From Longimicrobiales bacterium (lineage in GTDB: Bacteria; Gemmatimonadota; Gemmatimonadetes; Longimicrobiales; Gaopeijiaceae): a stretch of DNA of 64,000 nt. This document shows positions 42,251 to 53,802 of the stretch, in pieces (positions within the stretch are counted from its first letter, which is position 1; each line of letters starts with the position of its first letter). The notes below the pieces were generated by a model, which saw nothing but the letters and a program-made list of their open reading frames with translations, did not search any database and was not told the origin of the DNA. The translations under genes and the position numbers were made by a program. The stretch covers positions 1,164,103-1,228,102 of the forward strand of contig CBDCNQ010000004.1 in the NCBI GenBank assembly GCA_965219445.1, written 5' to 3'.

Positions 42251-43099
42251 TCACGCGGCGGGGGCGTGTTCCTTTTCGTAGTTAAGAGGAGACAATTGGC
42301 CGAGGGCAGAGTGCCGTCGGTGGGGATTGTACCAGGCTTCGATGAAGTCGAACACGGCCATCCTGGCCTCGGCCTGATTGCGGAAGCTCTTTCGTTCGAT
42401 GAGTTCGGTCTCGAGCGTGGCGAAGAAGCTCTCGCACATCGCGTTATCGTACGCGTCGCCGACCGAGCCCATCGAGGGTCGGACGCTGGCCTCTTTGCAG
42501 CGTAGGCCGAAGGCGATCGAGGTGTACTGGGTACCCTGATCGCTATGATGGATGACACCGTTCGGTCGTCGTTGCTGCAGCGCCATGTTCAGCGCGTCGA
42601 GCACGAGATCGGTCTTGAGATGCGTCTTCATCGACCATCCGACCACATGGCGGCTCCACGCATCGACGACGACTGACAGGTACAAGAAGCCGCTCCAGGT
42701 CGGCACGTAGGTGATGTCGGCAACCCAGAGCTGGTCCGGGCCGTGCACACTGAAGTCGCGCGCGACGAGATCGGGGGCAGGTCGAGCATCTCTGTTTCGC
42801 TTCGTCGTGCGCCACTTCCTTCGCCGCGTAGCGCCTTGTAGTCCTGCCAGCCTCATCAGACGACGCACCCGCTTGTGGTTGACCTGCCAGCCGTCGTCCC
42901 TGAGCTCGGCGTACATCCGTGGCTGGCCATACGTCTCACGGCTGAACGTGTGGATCTCACGCATCCGACCTAGCAGTCGCTCGTTCTCGACCGCGCGATG
43001 CGATGGAGGACGCTTTCTCCATGCGTAGTACCCGCTGGGCGAGACGCTCAGGACTTCGCACATCATCTGCACGCTGAACTCGGCCTGGTTGGCCCTCAC
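42251..43099 (-). CDS. IS3 transposase OrfB
   Basis: WVADITY, HHSDQGTQY, DNAMCESFF. Confidence 0.93.
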   Translation of the reverse strand: MRANQAEFSVQMMCEVLSVSPSGYYAWRKRPPSHRAVENERLLGRMREIHTFSRETYGQPRMYAELRDDGWQVNHKRVRRLMRLAGLQGATRRRKWRTTKRNRDARPAPDLVARDFSVHGPDQLWVADITYVPTWSGFLYLSVVVDAWSRHVVGWSMKTHLKTDLVLDALNMALQQRRPNGVIHHSDQGTQYTSIAFGLRCKEASVRPSMGSVGDAYDNAMCESFFATLETELIERKSFRNQAEARMAVFDFIEAWYNPHRRHSALGQLSPLNYEKEHAPAA

Positions 43100-43410
43100 G
43101 AACTCGAACGCTTCGGGGGCACCGAGTCGGACTCCTGAGCGAACCAGGCCGCGGCTTTTTTTAGGATCTCCCGCTCGACACGAAGCCGCTTGTTCTCACG
43201 CCGAAGCTCGCGGAGCTCCTCGCGCTCTGACGACGTCAGGCCGTCGCTTCTGACTCCCGTGTCGAGGTCCGTCTGCTTCACCCAATTGTGGATCGTCTGC
43301 GCTGTGGGCTCAAACTCCCGACTCAGCTCCTCAGGCGTGCGACCTGCTTTGACCAGCTCCACCATCTGCTGGCGGAACTCCAACGAATACGGCGGTCTCG
43401 TTCTTGGCAT
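43096..43410 (-). CDS. IS3 transposase OrfA
   Basis: HTH, EILKKAAAWF with A6G slippage site. Confidence 0.9.
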   Translation of the reverse strand: MPRTRPPYSLEFRQQMVELVKAGRTPEELSREFEPTAQTIHNWVKQTDLDTGVRSDGLTSSEREELRELRRENKRLRVEREILKKAAAWFAQESDSVPPKRSSS

Positions 43411-43587
43411 CGTGGACTCCTCTCTCTAAAGAGAATAGGTGTCCACCGTCAGGGGCTAACTCCAATTGTTCTCCACCACTCGCCCAGGAACGCGCTACCT
43501 GGAGGCACTCTGGGGGCGTAGAACCATCGATCAGAATCGGCGCCTCGCTCTAGCCGTTCATGCGTATGTGGACGGCCGCTCATGAGG

Positions 43588-43633
43588 GTCCGGGGAGATA
43601 GGTAACAGATTGAGTCCGGGAGATAGGTAACAG
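43588..43633. repeat. Tandem ~21-bp repeat GTCCGGG(G)AGATAGGTAACAG, probable IS-end remnant
   Basis: Two near-identical copies separated by 5 bp. Confidence 0.6.
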
Positions 43634-43800
43634 TTTTCTAAGTTTTTGGGTGACGCATCACAAGGCCTCGGGAGTCAGTGATGCGACCGATTTTTTCGAA
43701 AAACCTTCCGAGCAAACGCCCACCCCCTCCGTTGGGAATAACCACAAAGCCACCAGAAACGCTTGCCTGTAGGCGCAGACGAGGCGCATCTTGTCCGCAC

Positions 43801-43890
43801 ATGTCCGACCCCATCACCCGCCTGAACGCAGCCCTCGAAGGCCGCTACGCCATCGAGCGTGAGCTAGGCGAGGGCGGCATGGCCACGGTG
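43801..43890 (+). repeat. Ser/Thr kinase 5' stub (copy 2)
   Basis: MSDPITRLNAALEGRYAIERELGEGGMATV. Confidence 0.8.
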
Positions 43891-43927
43891 ATGGCTACGC
43901 CGAATCGATCTATGTCAGGAGGCAATA

Positions 43928-44890
43928 GTGAATAGAAAGTCTTGGTTTGCAGCGGTCGGCGTCACTTCGCTCCTGGCGGTAAGTACACCAAGTCCGTCTG
44001 AGGCGCAGACGCCGAACTACACACGGTTCGTCGAGGTGGCCAACGGGTACCGGCTCATACCGAACGTCACCTATCTCCGGGCCGGCGGCCAGGACCTCAA
44101 GCTCGACGTGTACCAGCCGCGGGGGCTGTCGGCGCCAAATCCGACGCTCATCTACTATCACGGAGGCGGCTGGACCAACGGCAGCAAGGAGGGCTCCGCG
44201 CTCACTTTCTTGCCCTACCTCGAGATGGGCTGGACAGTGGTGAATGTGGCGTACCGGCTGGCTGACGTCGCGCACGCGCCCGCGGCGGTCGAGGACTGCC
44301 GGTGTGCGCTGCGATGGGTCTACCGAAACGCCGAGCAGTACGGGTTCGACACAGACGAGATCGTCGTGACTGGCAACTCGGCCGGGGGTCATTTGGCGCT
44401 CATCACCGGATTCCTCCCCGAGTCCGCCGGACTCGACCGTCAGTGCCCTGGTGACCGCAACCGGACGTGGTCGACCGGCACGACATCGACCGACGAGCTG
44501 AAGGTCGCGGCGGTCGTCAACTGGTACGGAATCACCGATGTGTACGACCTCGCCCACCGTCCGGCGGGCATCTCTGGGTCGTTTACCGAGGCCTGGCTAG
44601 GAAGCGCGTCGGACCGTGACGAAGTCGCGAGGCGTGTGTCACCGATGGAATACATGCGGAGGGACCTGCCGCCGGTTATCAGCATTCATGGCGACTCCGA
44701 CCCGATCGTGCCCTACGACCAGGGCACCCGTCTGCACGAGGCGCTCGACGACGCGGGGGTCCCCAATAAGCTGGTGACGGTCCAAGGCGGTGGTCACGGT
44801 GGGTTCACGAGCGAGGAAAACGTGAGGATCTACAACGCGATACTTGATTTCCTTAGGACGCACGACCTCATGGAGACATCGAACAACTAA
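43928..44890 (+). CDS. Secreted alpha/beta hydrolase (esterase)
   Basis: HGGGW, GNSAGGHL, HGDSDPIVP, GGHG. Confidence 0.9.
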   Translation: MNRKSWFAAVGVTSLLAVSTPSPSEAQTPNYTRFVEVANGYRLIPNVTYLRAGGQDLKLDVYQPRGLSAPNPTLIYYHGGGWTNGSKEGSALTFLPYLEMGWTVVNVAYRLADVAHAPAAVEDCRCALRWVYRNAEQYGFDTDEIVVTGNSAGGHLALITGFLPESAGLDRQCPGDRNRTWSTGTTSTDELKVAAVVNWYGITDVYDLAHRPAGISGSFTEAWLGSASDRDEVARRVSPMEYMRRDLPPVISIHGDSDPIVPYDQGTRLHEALDDAGVPNKLVTVQGGGHGGFTSEENVRIYNAILDFLRTHDLMETSNN

Positions 44891-44901
44891 TCGCTAGGAC
44901 G

Positions 44902-45220
44902 ATGACCGACCCGATCACCCGCCTGAACGCAGCCCTCGAAGGCCGCTACGCCATCGAGGGCGAGCTGGGCGAGGGCGGCATGGCAATGGTCTACCTGGCC
45001 GATGATCTCAAGCACGAGCGCAAGGTCGCGCTGAAGGTACTCAAGCCTGAGTTAGCCGCCGTGGTCGGGGCCGCGGCCCGTGGGGACCTACTCGCCAACC
45101 CGTGCCCCTATTCACCTAGATCCTTGCCGTCCCACACGCCTTAGACACCTGTTGTCCGCAATGTCTGACACCCTCACCCGCCCGAACGCTCGAAGGCCGC
45201 TACGCCCTCAAGCGTGAGTT
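44902..45220 (+). repeat. Ser/Thr kinase 5' stubs (copies 3 and 4)
   Basis: MTDPITRL..VALKVLKPELAAVVGA, truncated; degenerate second stub from 45161. Confidence 0.78.
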
Positions 45221-45379
45221 ACGAAAGTGGACGCACAGATCAAACGAATCGTAGTGCTCGCGAATTCCATCAAGAAGTGCGGTCGATGCATAGCTGAGCG
45301 CGAGGTGGCCGCCGAGCCCCGGTGCGCCAGTGATGGAAGACGTGGAGGCCGGAACAGATGTCCGAGCATCGGGCCTACG

Positions 45380-47584
45380 TCATAGCTCGCCCAGCCGGAA
45401 GACGTACATCGCGTTGTGCCTGTTACCAGGCGGAATCAGGATCTCGGGCGCGAGGAAGGTCGAAACCCGCCATGGGCTCCCTCCAATCACGCCAGTGGGT
45501 ACGGCGAGGTACTGCACCCCGTCGACCTCGTAAGTAGTCGGAAAGCCCTGAACCGCGGTGCCCAAGCGGCTCTCCCACAACGTCTCACCGGTCGTGACGT
45601 CATACGCCCGAACCCGTCGGTCATAATCGCCAGCGAAGGCGAGCCCCCCAGCGGTAGTGAGAATCGAGGTCAGGAATGGAGCTCGCTGCTCCACGCTCCA
45701 CACCTCCTCCAGTGTCCTGACATCGTAGGCGGCGAGCTTTCCGAGGTTCCCATTCGTTCCGGGCATTTCCGACCACATCCGACTTTGCCCGGTGCCTCCG
45801 CCCCCCAACACCATGTCGATCTCGCTGGCAACGCTCTCCATGCAGGTCTGGCTGAGCGGGATAACCATCAGGCCGGATTCCGGGTGGTAGCTGGTCGCAT
45901 GCCAATTTTTCCCCCCGGCCGTGGAGGGGCAGACCGAAACCCACTCGCCGACCTGTGCATCGCGGATGTCCGGCCGATACGTGCTCGTACCGGTCTCATA
46001 GTTCAGGTCCAGAATGTTTTGAAAGACGGTCTCCCTCAGGCCAAGAAACCGACCGTCGCGGCGGTCCAGCTTCCAGAGGATGCCGTGCTTTCCAATCTGA
46101 AAGAGCGTTGGCTGGCCATCGATGTCGATCAGCACCTGCTCCATCGCCTCGTCCATATCGAGGGACTCGTCCGGAACGTACTGCCGGTACCATACGATAC
46201 GTCCGGTGTTCTCATCTAACGCCAGCGTCGAGCTGCTGTATAGGATCGAATCCGCCTCGGTCCGGACGGTCCCCCGACTCACCGGCGCCCGCGGCTTCAT
46301 TTGGGATGCGCCGAAGTACACTAGCCCCAACTCCGGATCGTAGCTCCCGATATTCCAGACGTCGCCCCCGCCACGCAGCTCAAAAGGAAGTCCACCCCAC
46401 GTGTTTCCGCCGGGCTCGCCTGGGCGCGCGATCGTGAAAGTGCGCCAGAGCTCATCCCCGAACCGGGCATCGTGCGCGGTGATGAAGCAGCTCTCCGGGA
46501 TCAAACGGGTACAGCCGTTGATGCCATTGATGATCTTGCCGTTGGCGATGACAGGGCCGCTCGAGTTCTCGTAGCCCAGGTTCGGCTCGGCGAGCTTGGC
46601 TTCCCACCGAAGCACACCGGTCCGGGCATCCAGAGCGATCACTTGGGCATCGTTGGTGGACACGTAGATCATGTCCTCCCAAATCGCCAGGGTCCGAACC
46701 CGGCCGCGACCGCGACTCATGCCCTCGGGGAAACTTCGACGGTACTCCCAGAGAAGGTCTCCCGTGGCGGCGTCGAGCGCCTGAATCGTGTTGCCCCAAT
46801 TCGGCAGGAACATGACTCCGTCTCGAATCAACGGCGCCGGCTGACTCCGAGTTCCATCCTCCATCCCCCAGACCCAGACGAGCTCGAGGCGATGGACATT
46901 CTCAGTGCTGATCTGACTCAGCGGGCTATAGCCCCACGAGCCCAGGTTTCCCCGGGGGCTGAGCCATTCGCCGTCTGGTGGGTTTCTGAGCTCTGCGTCG
47001 GTAACCGGCGTGAACCCTTCCAATCTTCTATACGTCCGGGTAACCCCGGTGGGAGTCTCGGACAGCCCGCCATATGGAGGAACGGCGTTTCTGCCCCCTG
47101 GCGAGGGGATCGAACCCGCAACACCAGGAATGGGCGTGGTGCCGCCGGCGGCCAGCACGGCCCCCTCGGCCATCGCCAATCCCCCCTCCGACGCGAAGCT
47201 CAAGGGAGTCGTGCCCGGGTCGACTCCGTTCTGGCTCATGATGTACGCGGTTATGGCGGAGTACTCCTCGTCGCTCAGCGACCCTTCACCTCCGGGCGGC
47301 ATGGAAGAGCGTATGTAGAGCAGCACCTGTGAGACGGGCCGGCCCCCCCAGGTGTTACGGAAGTTGGTTCCCGCGAGCTGGGGCGCGGTGCCGCCCTGCA
47401 GATCAGTGAGATGGCAGGCGGCGCACGCCGCCTGATAAATTGAAGCCCCACTATTCGCCTGCTGATCCGTATAGGAGGCCTGTTGAGCAAAAGCCGCGGA
47501 CCGCGGAACGAACACACCGGCGAACACCGCCAGAGCGACCGAGGTGATGCGTACCAACCTGGGTCGTCGGTTCACTCGTTTCAT
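45380..47584 (-). CDS. PQQ-dependent dehydrogenase with N-terminal cytochrome c
   Basis: Signal peptide, [16 protein letters not shown] propeller repeats, GVQYLAV. Confidence 0.9.
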   Translation of the reverse strand: MKRVNRRPRLVRITSVALAVFAGVFVPRSAAFAQQASYTDQQANSGASIYQAACAACHLTDLQGGTAPQLAGTNFRNTWGGRPVSQVLLYIRSSMPPGGEGSLSDEEYSAITAYIMSQNGVDPGTTPLSFASEGGLAMAEGAVLAAGGTTPIPGVAGSIPSPGGRNAVPPYGGLSETPTGVTRTYRRLEGFTPVTDAELRNPPDGEWLSPRGNLGSWGYSPLSQISTENVHRLELVWVWGMEDGTRSQPAPLIRDGVMFLPNWGNTIQALDAATGDLLWEYRRSFPEGMSRGRGRVRTLAIWEDMIYVSTNDAQVIALDARTGVLRWEAKLAEPNLGYENSSGPVIANGKIINGINGCTRLIPESCFITAHDARFGDELWRTFTIARPGEPGGNTWGGLPFELRGGGDVWNIGSYDPELGLVYFGASQMKPRAPVSRGTVRTEADSILYSSSTLALDENTGRIVWYRQYVPDESLDMDEAMEQVLIDIDGQPTLFQIGKHGILWKLDRRDGRFLGLRETVFQNILDLNYETGTSTYRPDIRDAQVGEWVSVCPSTAGGKNWHATSYHPESGLMVIPLSQTCMESVASEIDMVLGGGGTGQSRMWSEMPGTNGNLGKLAAYDVRTLEEVWSVEQRAPFLTSILTTAGGLAFAGDYDRRVRAYDVTTGETLWESRLGTAVQGFPTTYEVDGVQYLAVPTGVIGGSPWRVSTFLAPEILIPPGNRHNAMYVFRLGEL

Positions 47585-47723
47585 CACTTCACTCCTAACC
47601 GGTAGCGGTGGCGCTGAGGGTGTCGGCCGTAGACGAGAACTTGAAGATCCCCTCGGGGGGATTGGGCCCCGGGGGGATCCCCAGTCATGGCTCGGGCGAA
47701 AGGTTGACCCGCGTGCGAGCGGG

Positions 47724-48914
47724 TCATAGGGGTAGGTAGATCGCCTCTCCTGTCCGGGCACTGCGATAGACGGCCTCGGTAAACTCCATGTAATGGACGC
47801 CCGTTTCGAAAGGCACCATCGTAATCTCCTCGATGCCGCGGATCGCGTTGATGAACTCCTCCTCGACGCGGGAATACGCCTGTTCCTCCCGGGGGTTGGG
47901 CACGGGAGAGAGCTCGGAGTCGCCCTGGCGCCCCGCGAAGACATTCATCCGCTCGTCGACGTGGAGCGTGCCTTCCGTTCCGTAGATCCAGGTCTGATTC
48001 CCGTTCGAGAGGCCCGTCGAGGCACTGAACCTCATGTGGACTTGAGCCCCGTTCATCAGTTCATACATGATATCCACGTGATCGGGGATGGTCACTGAGG
48101 TCAGTTGACCGCGATTGTCGTATCGGTAAGGAACGTGGACCTTGGACATCGCCATGACCCGGGTGCCCCGGCCCAACCAGCGGATCATCGACTCCTTGGT
48201 TGAACCGATATTCAGGGAGTTCATTCCGCTGAACTGGCGGTCATGGCGCCAGCTCAAATCACCGCCGGTATCGGCGAATCCCCCGGGTCCCGTTCTGGCG
48301 CCCGTCTGCAAGCGCTGGATCTCGACCGAGAGCACTTCCCCAAGATATCCTTCGCCGATCAGCCGCTTGATCACATTGTCGATCCGGTAGCTCGTCGACG
48401 TCGGCACCAACTGGCTCACCAGCTCAGGGTGGCGTAGCGAGGCCTCGAGCATGTCTCGAGCTTCCTGCCCCGTGTTTGCCATGCGTGCTTGGCACAGCAC
48501 ATGTTTGCCAGCCTCGAGGGTGGCCAGCGTAAGGGTGCGGTGCATATACGGCCACGTCCCGATAAGGACCGCATCTACGCCGTCATCGTCCAGCAACTCT
48601 TCCCAACCGCCGTACGGCCTCGGAATATCGAACTCGTCCGTGACTCGCTGGCTAGACTCAAGACTGCGATTCGCCACCGCAACTACCTCGCATCCCGCGA
48701 TACGTCGAAAGGCCGGAAGCATCACGTTACGAACGTTCGCACCCGCCCCGATGATCCCGACACGGATCGTACTCTGTACAGACCGCCTCCTCGTCGCCCT
48801 CTCGGAGCCGAACTCGGTGGCTTCGGCGGCAGCCACAAGCGGGAGAGCTCCCACGGAAAGAAACTCTCGGCGATTCAGTCCCCCAGCAGCTTGGCTATCG
48901 AATCCGTCGCTCAT
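47724..48914 (-). CDS. Gfo/Idh/MocA oxidoreductase with Tat-like leader
   Basis: [23 protein letters not shown]. Confidence 0.88.
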   Translation of the reverse strand: MSDGFDSQAAGGLNRREFLSVGALPLVAAAEATEFGSERATRRRSVQSTIRVGIIGAGANVRNVMLPAFRRIAGCEVVAVANRSLESSQRVTDEFDIPRPYGGWEELLDDDGVDAVLIGTWPYMHRTLTLATLEAGKHVLCQARMANTGQEARDMLEASLRHPELVSQLVPTSTSYRIDNVIKRLIGEGYLGEVLSVEIQRLQTGARTGPGGFADTGGDLSWRHDRQFSGMNSLNIGSTKESMIRWLGRGTRVMAMSKVHVPYRYDNRGQLTSVTIPDHVDIMYELMNGAQVHMRFSASTGLSNGNQTWIYGTEGTLHVDERMNVFAGRQGDSELSPVPNPREEQAYSRVEEEFINAIRGIEEITMVPFETGVHYMEFTEAVYRSARTGEAIYLPL

Positions 48915-49049
48915 TTCGTCTCTGCCCCCGTAGCGTTAGTGGAGTCCCGAATGAATGCATGACCGGCGAGGTCGTCATCGCGATCAGCGTACCGGGGGGT
49001 CGAGTCGCACGCAAGACTCGACTGACGAAGACCACCCCGTTGACGAATT

Positions 49050-49414
49050 TCGCGGCAAGATTGAGGTTTTCGTGCGTCCTTTTCCCGAAGCGGGCACGTC
49101 CCTACGACAAGTGTCCGTGAATGGGGGGACGGAACCCGTGTGGGCGCACCGCGCGCGAATCGTTCTACCGGAACGGGGCGAACGAACTCGTCGCCGTCCA
49201 GTTGAGCGCGGATTCTTCGTTCGCCTGGGATCGTCAAGACGTCCTGTTTTCCATGGCTGATTACCCGCGGAGCGCACGACACCAGATGTAGGACGTAAGC
49301 CCCGACGATCAGCGGTTCGTGATGTTGCGGTTCGGTGACGCCGAGAACGCCGAGTCCGATGTCTACCTCGTCACCAACTGGTTCGAGGAGCTTCGCCAGC
49401 GGATGGAGAATTGA
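49050..49414 (+). pseudogene. C-terminal PD40/TolB-like fragment of a Ser/Thr kinase
   Basis: VFVRPFP..QVSVNGGTEPVWAH..DVSPDDQRFVM..VTNWFEEL with frameshifts and a stop. Confidence 0.65.
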
Positions 49415-49454
49415 CCCCTGAAGCGACCCACTGAAGCACCATCAGGTGTACCCG

Positions 49455-49531
49455 ATTCATTATTCGGGGTGTTTTCCTGAGTTCATCTGAGTGTGGATCA
49501 GTGCCGTAAGTGTATTCTCCGTTGGCACTTA
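49455..49531 (+). repeat. ~77-bp direct repeat of 51270-51346
   Basis: ATTCATTATT..TGTTTTCCTGAGTT..TAAGTG..CACTTA in both copies. Confidence 0.8.
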
Positions 49532-49553
49532 GGTGAGGCCACTCCTCTGCTCG

Positions 49554-50846
49554 CTACCACTGCGGCAGATAGGTCCGTCCGCCCTTGACGGTTCGCCACG
49601 GTACCAGCTTTTCCCGGCCCACTCTCACTCCGCCGAAAGCATCCACGAACCTGTGCTCGCCGGTCTGCAGCTCGAAGATGGCGACATCGCCCTCCGCGCC
49701 CACGCGAAGGGTTCCGATCTCCACGTCCCATGCTAGTGCGGCGGCGGGGGTTACCGTGGTCCTCCGCACCGCTTCCTCGAGCGAGAGCCCGAGGTACAAG
49801 AACTTGGAGAGGGTCGTTGCCAGGTCATACGCCGGCCCTTCTTCACCGACGTTATACGCGTGTACGTCACTGCTTATCGTGCTCGGCAGTACGCCCTGTC
49901 GCATCGCCATTTCCATGGTGTCGAATGAGAAGCTCGACTGACCGTGGCCGACGTCGAACAGCACGCCCCGCTCCAAGGCCTCGCCCGCGGAAGTGCGAAG
50001 GATTCCTTCGCTCGTCAGGATCCCGTCGTTCGCTGATTCCGGCGTTCCGGACCGGCGGAAACTGTGGGTCAGCAGGTCTCCGGGTCGCAACATCCCAAGG
50101 AGCTCATCGATGGGGGTCACGGTCGAGGTAATGTGCATCATGATGGGCAGTCCAAAGGCCTCCGCGGCTTCGAGGGCTCGCTCGACCGCGACCAAGTCGT
50201 TCGGTCCGGACTGACCTCTGCCGGCCCGGACCTTCACCCCCAAGATCACGTCTCGATGCTGCTCGATGGTTTGAACGGCACGGTTGACGTTGGCGTGCTC
50301 CAGGTCCTCGAGCTCTCCCCGCAGATTGGTGACCATACCTGTGGCGGAGATGTTCAAGAACGTCCGAATTCGGGTGGACTGCACCTCGATGACATACTTC
50401 CGAAAGCCGGGGAAGGTCTGTGCCCCGGCGGATCCGGGATCCAGGATCGTCGTGGAGCCTCGGCTGAGACAATACTTGTCCGCGTTTATGCCATAGTGGG
50501 AAACGCCTTCGAAAACATGGGCATGCAGATCGATCAAGCCGGGCGTCACGATCCGCCCGTCCGCCTCGATGACCTCCCGCCAACCCGCAGGATCAATCAC
50601 CTGGGCCACTTCGGCGATTCTGCCGTTCCGGATGCCAACGTCATATCGGCCGCTCAACTCCTGCGACGGATCCACGACCCTCCCGCCACGAATGAGAACA
50701 TCCGAGGCCTGCTGTTTCTCGATCAAGGTGGGCGTTGATGCAAAGGCCCGCCGGCCAGAGAGGCCTGTAGTCAATGCAGCAGCTGTTCCTACGGCGGCTG
50801 TCAAGAAACGCCGTCTCGGTATGGCATGTGCGTGTTTGTGGCCCAT
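49554..50846 (-). CDS. Amidohydrolase/deacetylase-family metallohydrolase with Tat-like leader
   Basis: RRRFL, PGLIDLHAH, GVKVR, DVGHG, ISSDVH. Confidence 0.88.
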   Translation of the reverse strand: MGHKHAHAIPRRRFLTAAVGTAAALTTGLSGRRAFASTPTLIEKQQASDVLIRGGRVVDPSQELSGRYDVGIRNGRIAEVAQVIDPAGWREVIEADGRIVTPGLIDLHAHVFEGVSHYGINADKYCLSRGSTTILDPGSAGAQTFPGFRKYVIEVQSTRIRTFLNISATGMVTNLRGELEDLEHANVNRAVQTIEQHRDVILGVKVRAGRGQSGPNDLVAVERALEAAEAFGLPIMMHITSTVTPIDELLGMLRPGDLLTHSFRRSGTPESANDGILTSEGILRTSAGEALERGVLFDVGHGQSSFSFDTMEMAMRQGVLPSTISSDVHAYNVGEEGPAYDLATTLSKFLYLGLSLEEAVRRTTVTPAAALAWDVEIGTLRVGAEGDVAIFELQTGEHRFVDAFGGVRVGREKLVPWRTVKGGRTYLPQW

Positions 50847-51240
50847 GACATCCACTCCCTGAAAGCGTGAATGGGTACGAAGTCGCGCGAGGCACTCCCA
50901 GTGAACAGTTCTCGGCTCTTCCACCAGCCTGGGAGGTCCAGCTTAGCCAGACGAGGTGTTGCTCAACAGTGCGAGGGATTAACCAAAGTCCGAACAGAGG
51001 CGGACCAGGGATGCGGTTCCCTGCGTGAGGCGAGACAGCCGCCTACCACGAGGTGGAGGCAGGATTACGCTGTTGGTGCTTGGTGTTGTTGTCCGGCTTG
51101 TCGGCCGACAATTGTGAATCCGGCCGCGGTCAAGAAAGAAATCGTCAATCGGGACGGCCGGATTGACCTCCGGTCGCCTTCGGCGATCCTCGCTCGTCTC
51201 GCGGAGGCCATGCGGATCTATCGAGAGCGCTGCTGACGCT

Positions 51241-51274
51241 CGGCTCGAACCGGCGACCCCCTGAACCCCATTCA
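51241..51274 (-). tRNA. tRNA-Pro(GGG) fragment, anticodon loop to T arm (att scar)
   Basis: Reverse complement TGAATGGGGTTCAGGGGGTCGCCGGTTCGAGCCG. Confidence 0.7.
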
Positions 51275-51477
51275 TTATTTGGGCTGTTTTCCTGAGTTTG
51301 GCTGAGTATGGCTCAGTGCTGTAAGTGTATCTTCTGTTGGCACTTATGTGGGGTTGCTCTTCCGTTCAGTATTTTCCTGTTTGGCCTTGTTTGGCTGAGT
51401 TGGCACACTGGTGGCACACAAAATCGGCCGTGATTTGGCGCTTCTCGGAGGGCGTCTGGCTGACCGGCACACTTTGG

Positions 51478-51522
51478 GCGAGCCGGCGGGTGGATTCGAA
51501 CCCCCAACCTCCTGGTTAACAG
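51478..51522 (-). tRNA. tRNA-Asn(GUU) 3' half fragment (att scar)
   Basis: Reverse complement CTGTTAACCAGGAGGTTGGGGGTTCGAATCCACCCGCCGG; 5' anticodon stem absent. Confidence 0.8.
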
Positions 51523-52306
51523 GCGGGCCCAGTAGGGGCCGTATTTCACAAACCGCCGCGTGATCTTCAGGATCCGGTCGTCGTCCGAGGCTACCGGAGT
51601 CGGTCGGCGCGTTCTTATGATCGTTTCCTCCTTGTCGTACAGACCCGCCGAACGCCCCTCACGACACGTAGTGCCTCGGCGCACGGCCATCGGCTGGACA
51701 TCGAATACCTGGGCCATGCTCGTGGGAGATGACCTGGCCATCCGTAGCCGAAGGAGGCACAAAGTACGCATTGGTCGGATGAACTTCAAAAGAGCTACTT
51801 ACAAATTGTAAGCGAAACTGTGCACAAATCACCGAGAGAATCAGGACTTACAGGTAGTCACAGAGGCACTCGGAAAAACTGGCATACTAGTTGCACTTTG
51901 TGCCACTTCTTGTTCACGAATATTGGGGACGAGCAACTCATGATATCTGATCAAACGGGTTCGGAGCAATCAGAATCCATGCAAGCACTTGTTCCCATGG
52001 TGGATCTGTTTGCTGTGCTTGCGATTGTGTTCATGATTCATTCGAACGAAATCACTGCCGCCCAAACAGAGGTCCAAGAGGCGAGATACGCGCAAGAAGC
52101 GATTGACGATGCAGAACGGACCAGAAGAGAGCGCAGAGAATTGATGGCAAACGAGGCGACTAAGTCGCTAGAACAAATTCAAGAAGAGCGAGCGAGACAA
52201 GCAGAAGAGTTACTGGCGCAATTCACCGAAATGTTAGCGGCTCCCTCTCTGCCAATATCAGTGAGACACCTGGCACCTTTGGAATTACTGAAGGGGGCGG
52301 AGGTGG

Positions 52307-52801
52307 ATGGCGATGGTAGAGGGGAGAGATACGATGATTGGTATGGGTGTGGGTGCTCGGGCCCTGGGGGGCGAGGAGCGTAGCGACGAGGCCGCCAGGG
52401 CCCGAGTCGCCGAGCGGAATCGGGCTCGGGATCCGGAGGTGGTGGCCAAGCCGACCCGCCGGCAGTTCACCGCGGAGTACAAGCTCAGGATCCTGGAAGA
52501 GACCGACCGGTGCTCGGAGCCCGGCGAGGTTGGGCGGATCGTGCGTCGGGAGGGTCTGTACAGCTCTCATCTCACGGCATGGCGAAAGGCACGGCGCGAG
52601 GGCTCTCTGAAGGGCCTGACGCCGAAGCGGCGGGGCCGCAAGCCGGCCCGCCGCAACTCCCTCCAGAAGAGGGTGGATGAGCTCGAGGCCGAAGTGGCCC
52701 GGCTCGAGAAGCAGCTTGCCACGGCGGAAACGATCCTGGAAGTCCAGGGAAAAGTTGCCGGGCTGCTGGGGTTGAGCTTCGACAGCGGAAAGAACTCCTG
52801 A
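52307..52801 (+). CDS. Transposase OrfA (HTH)
   Basis: RRQFTAEYKLRILEE..RREGLYSSHL..WR. Confidence 0.85.
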   Translation: MAMVEGRDTMIGMGVGARALGGEERSDEAARARVAERNRARDPEVVAKPTRRQFTAEYKLRILEETDRCSEPGEVGRIVRREGLYSSHLTAWRKARREGSLKGLTPKRRGRKPARRNSLQKRVDELEAEVARLEKQLATAETILEVQGKVAGLLGLSFDSGKNS

Positions 52802-53802
52802 TGGCCGCTGCCTCCCTGGCTCGGGAGGTCGGCGCCGCGCCGGCGTGCCGAGCACTGGGTGTGGCGCGTGCCACGTTCTACCGGCGCCGTAAGCCCACGA
52901 CCGGGCACCAGCAGCCCAGGCAGCGCCCCGCCCGGGCTCTCGATGAATCCGAGCGCGAGAAGGTGCGTGAGACCCTCGCTTGCCCGCGCTTCGTCGACCG
53001 ATCTCCCGCAGAGGTTGTGGCCACCCTCCTCGACGAGGGCGAGTACCTCTGCTCAGAACGCACGATGTACAGGATCCTCCAGGAGGATCACCCCGTGCGT
53101 GAGCGGCGCAGTCAGCTCACGCATCCCGCCTACACGAAGCCCCAGCTCGTGGCCACGGCACCGAACCAGACCTGGTCGTGGGACATCACCCGGCTTCTCG
53201 GACCCGAGAAGTGGTCGTACTTCTACCTCTACGTCCTCATCGACATCTTCAGCCGGTACGTGGTCGGATGGATGGTCGCCGACCGCGAGAACTCCGCGCT
53301 CGCCTGCCGGCTCATCCAGGAGAGCTGCCTCAAGCAGGATGTCCAGCCCGAGACGCTGACCCTGCACTCCGACCGCGGGGCCCCGATGACCAGCAAGTGC
53401 ACGGCCCAGCTGCTCGCCGACCTCGGGATCACCCGCTCGCTCGGCCGTCCCCGGGTCAGCGACGACAACCCCTTCTCGGAGGCGCACTTCAAGACCGTCA
53501 AATACTACCCCAACTTCCCCGGACGCTTCGCCGACATCGGCGCGGCGATCGACTTCTGCCGATCCTTCTTCCCTTGGTACAACCATGAGCATCGCCACGG
53601 CGGAATCGCGATGCTCACCCCGGCTGATGTCCATCACGACCGAGCCCGTGACGTGCTCGCCCAGCGTGAGCGCACTCTCCAGCAGGCGTGGTCCGAACAC
53701 CCTGAACGCTTCGTGCAGGGAATCCCCACGCCCCAGCCTCTCCCAACGGAGGTCTGGATCAATCCACCAGCTGCGGCTCCGACACCGCAGCCTGCTCACT
53801 AA
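52801..53802 (+). CDS. DDE transposase OrfB
   Basis: WSWDIT, DIFSRY, HSDRG, DNPFSEAHF. Confidence 0.9.
   Translation: MAAASLAREVGAAPACRALGVARATFYRRRKPTTGHQQPRQRPARALDESEREKVRETLACPRFVDRSPAEVVATLLDEGEYLCSERTMYRILQEDHPVRERRSQLTHPAYTKPQLVATAPNQTWSWDITRLLGPEKWSYFYLYVLIDIFSRYVVGWMVADRENSALACRLIQESCLKQDVQPETLTLHSDRGAPMTSKCTAQLLADLGITRSLGRPRVSDDNPFSEAHFKTVKYYPNFPGRFADIGAAIDFCRSFFPWYNHEHRHGGIAMLTPADVHHDRARDVLAQRERTLQQAWSEHPERFVQGIPTPQPLPTEVWINPPAAAPTPQPAH

Larger units (their letters stand above)
42210..43464 (-). mobile_element. Intact IS3-family element with 3-bp TSD ATT
   Basis: Inverted repeats TGGAGTTGGCCCC / GGGGCTAACTCCA, flanking ATT repeats; orfA 43096-43410, orfB 42251-43099. Confidence 0.93.
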
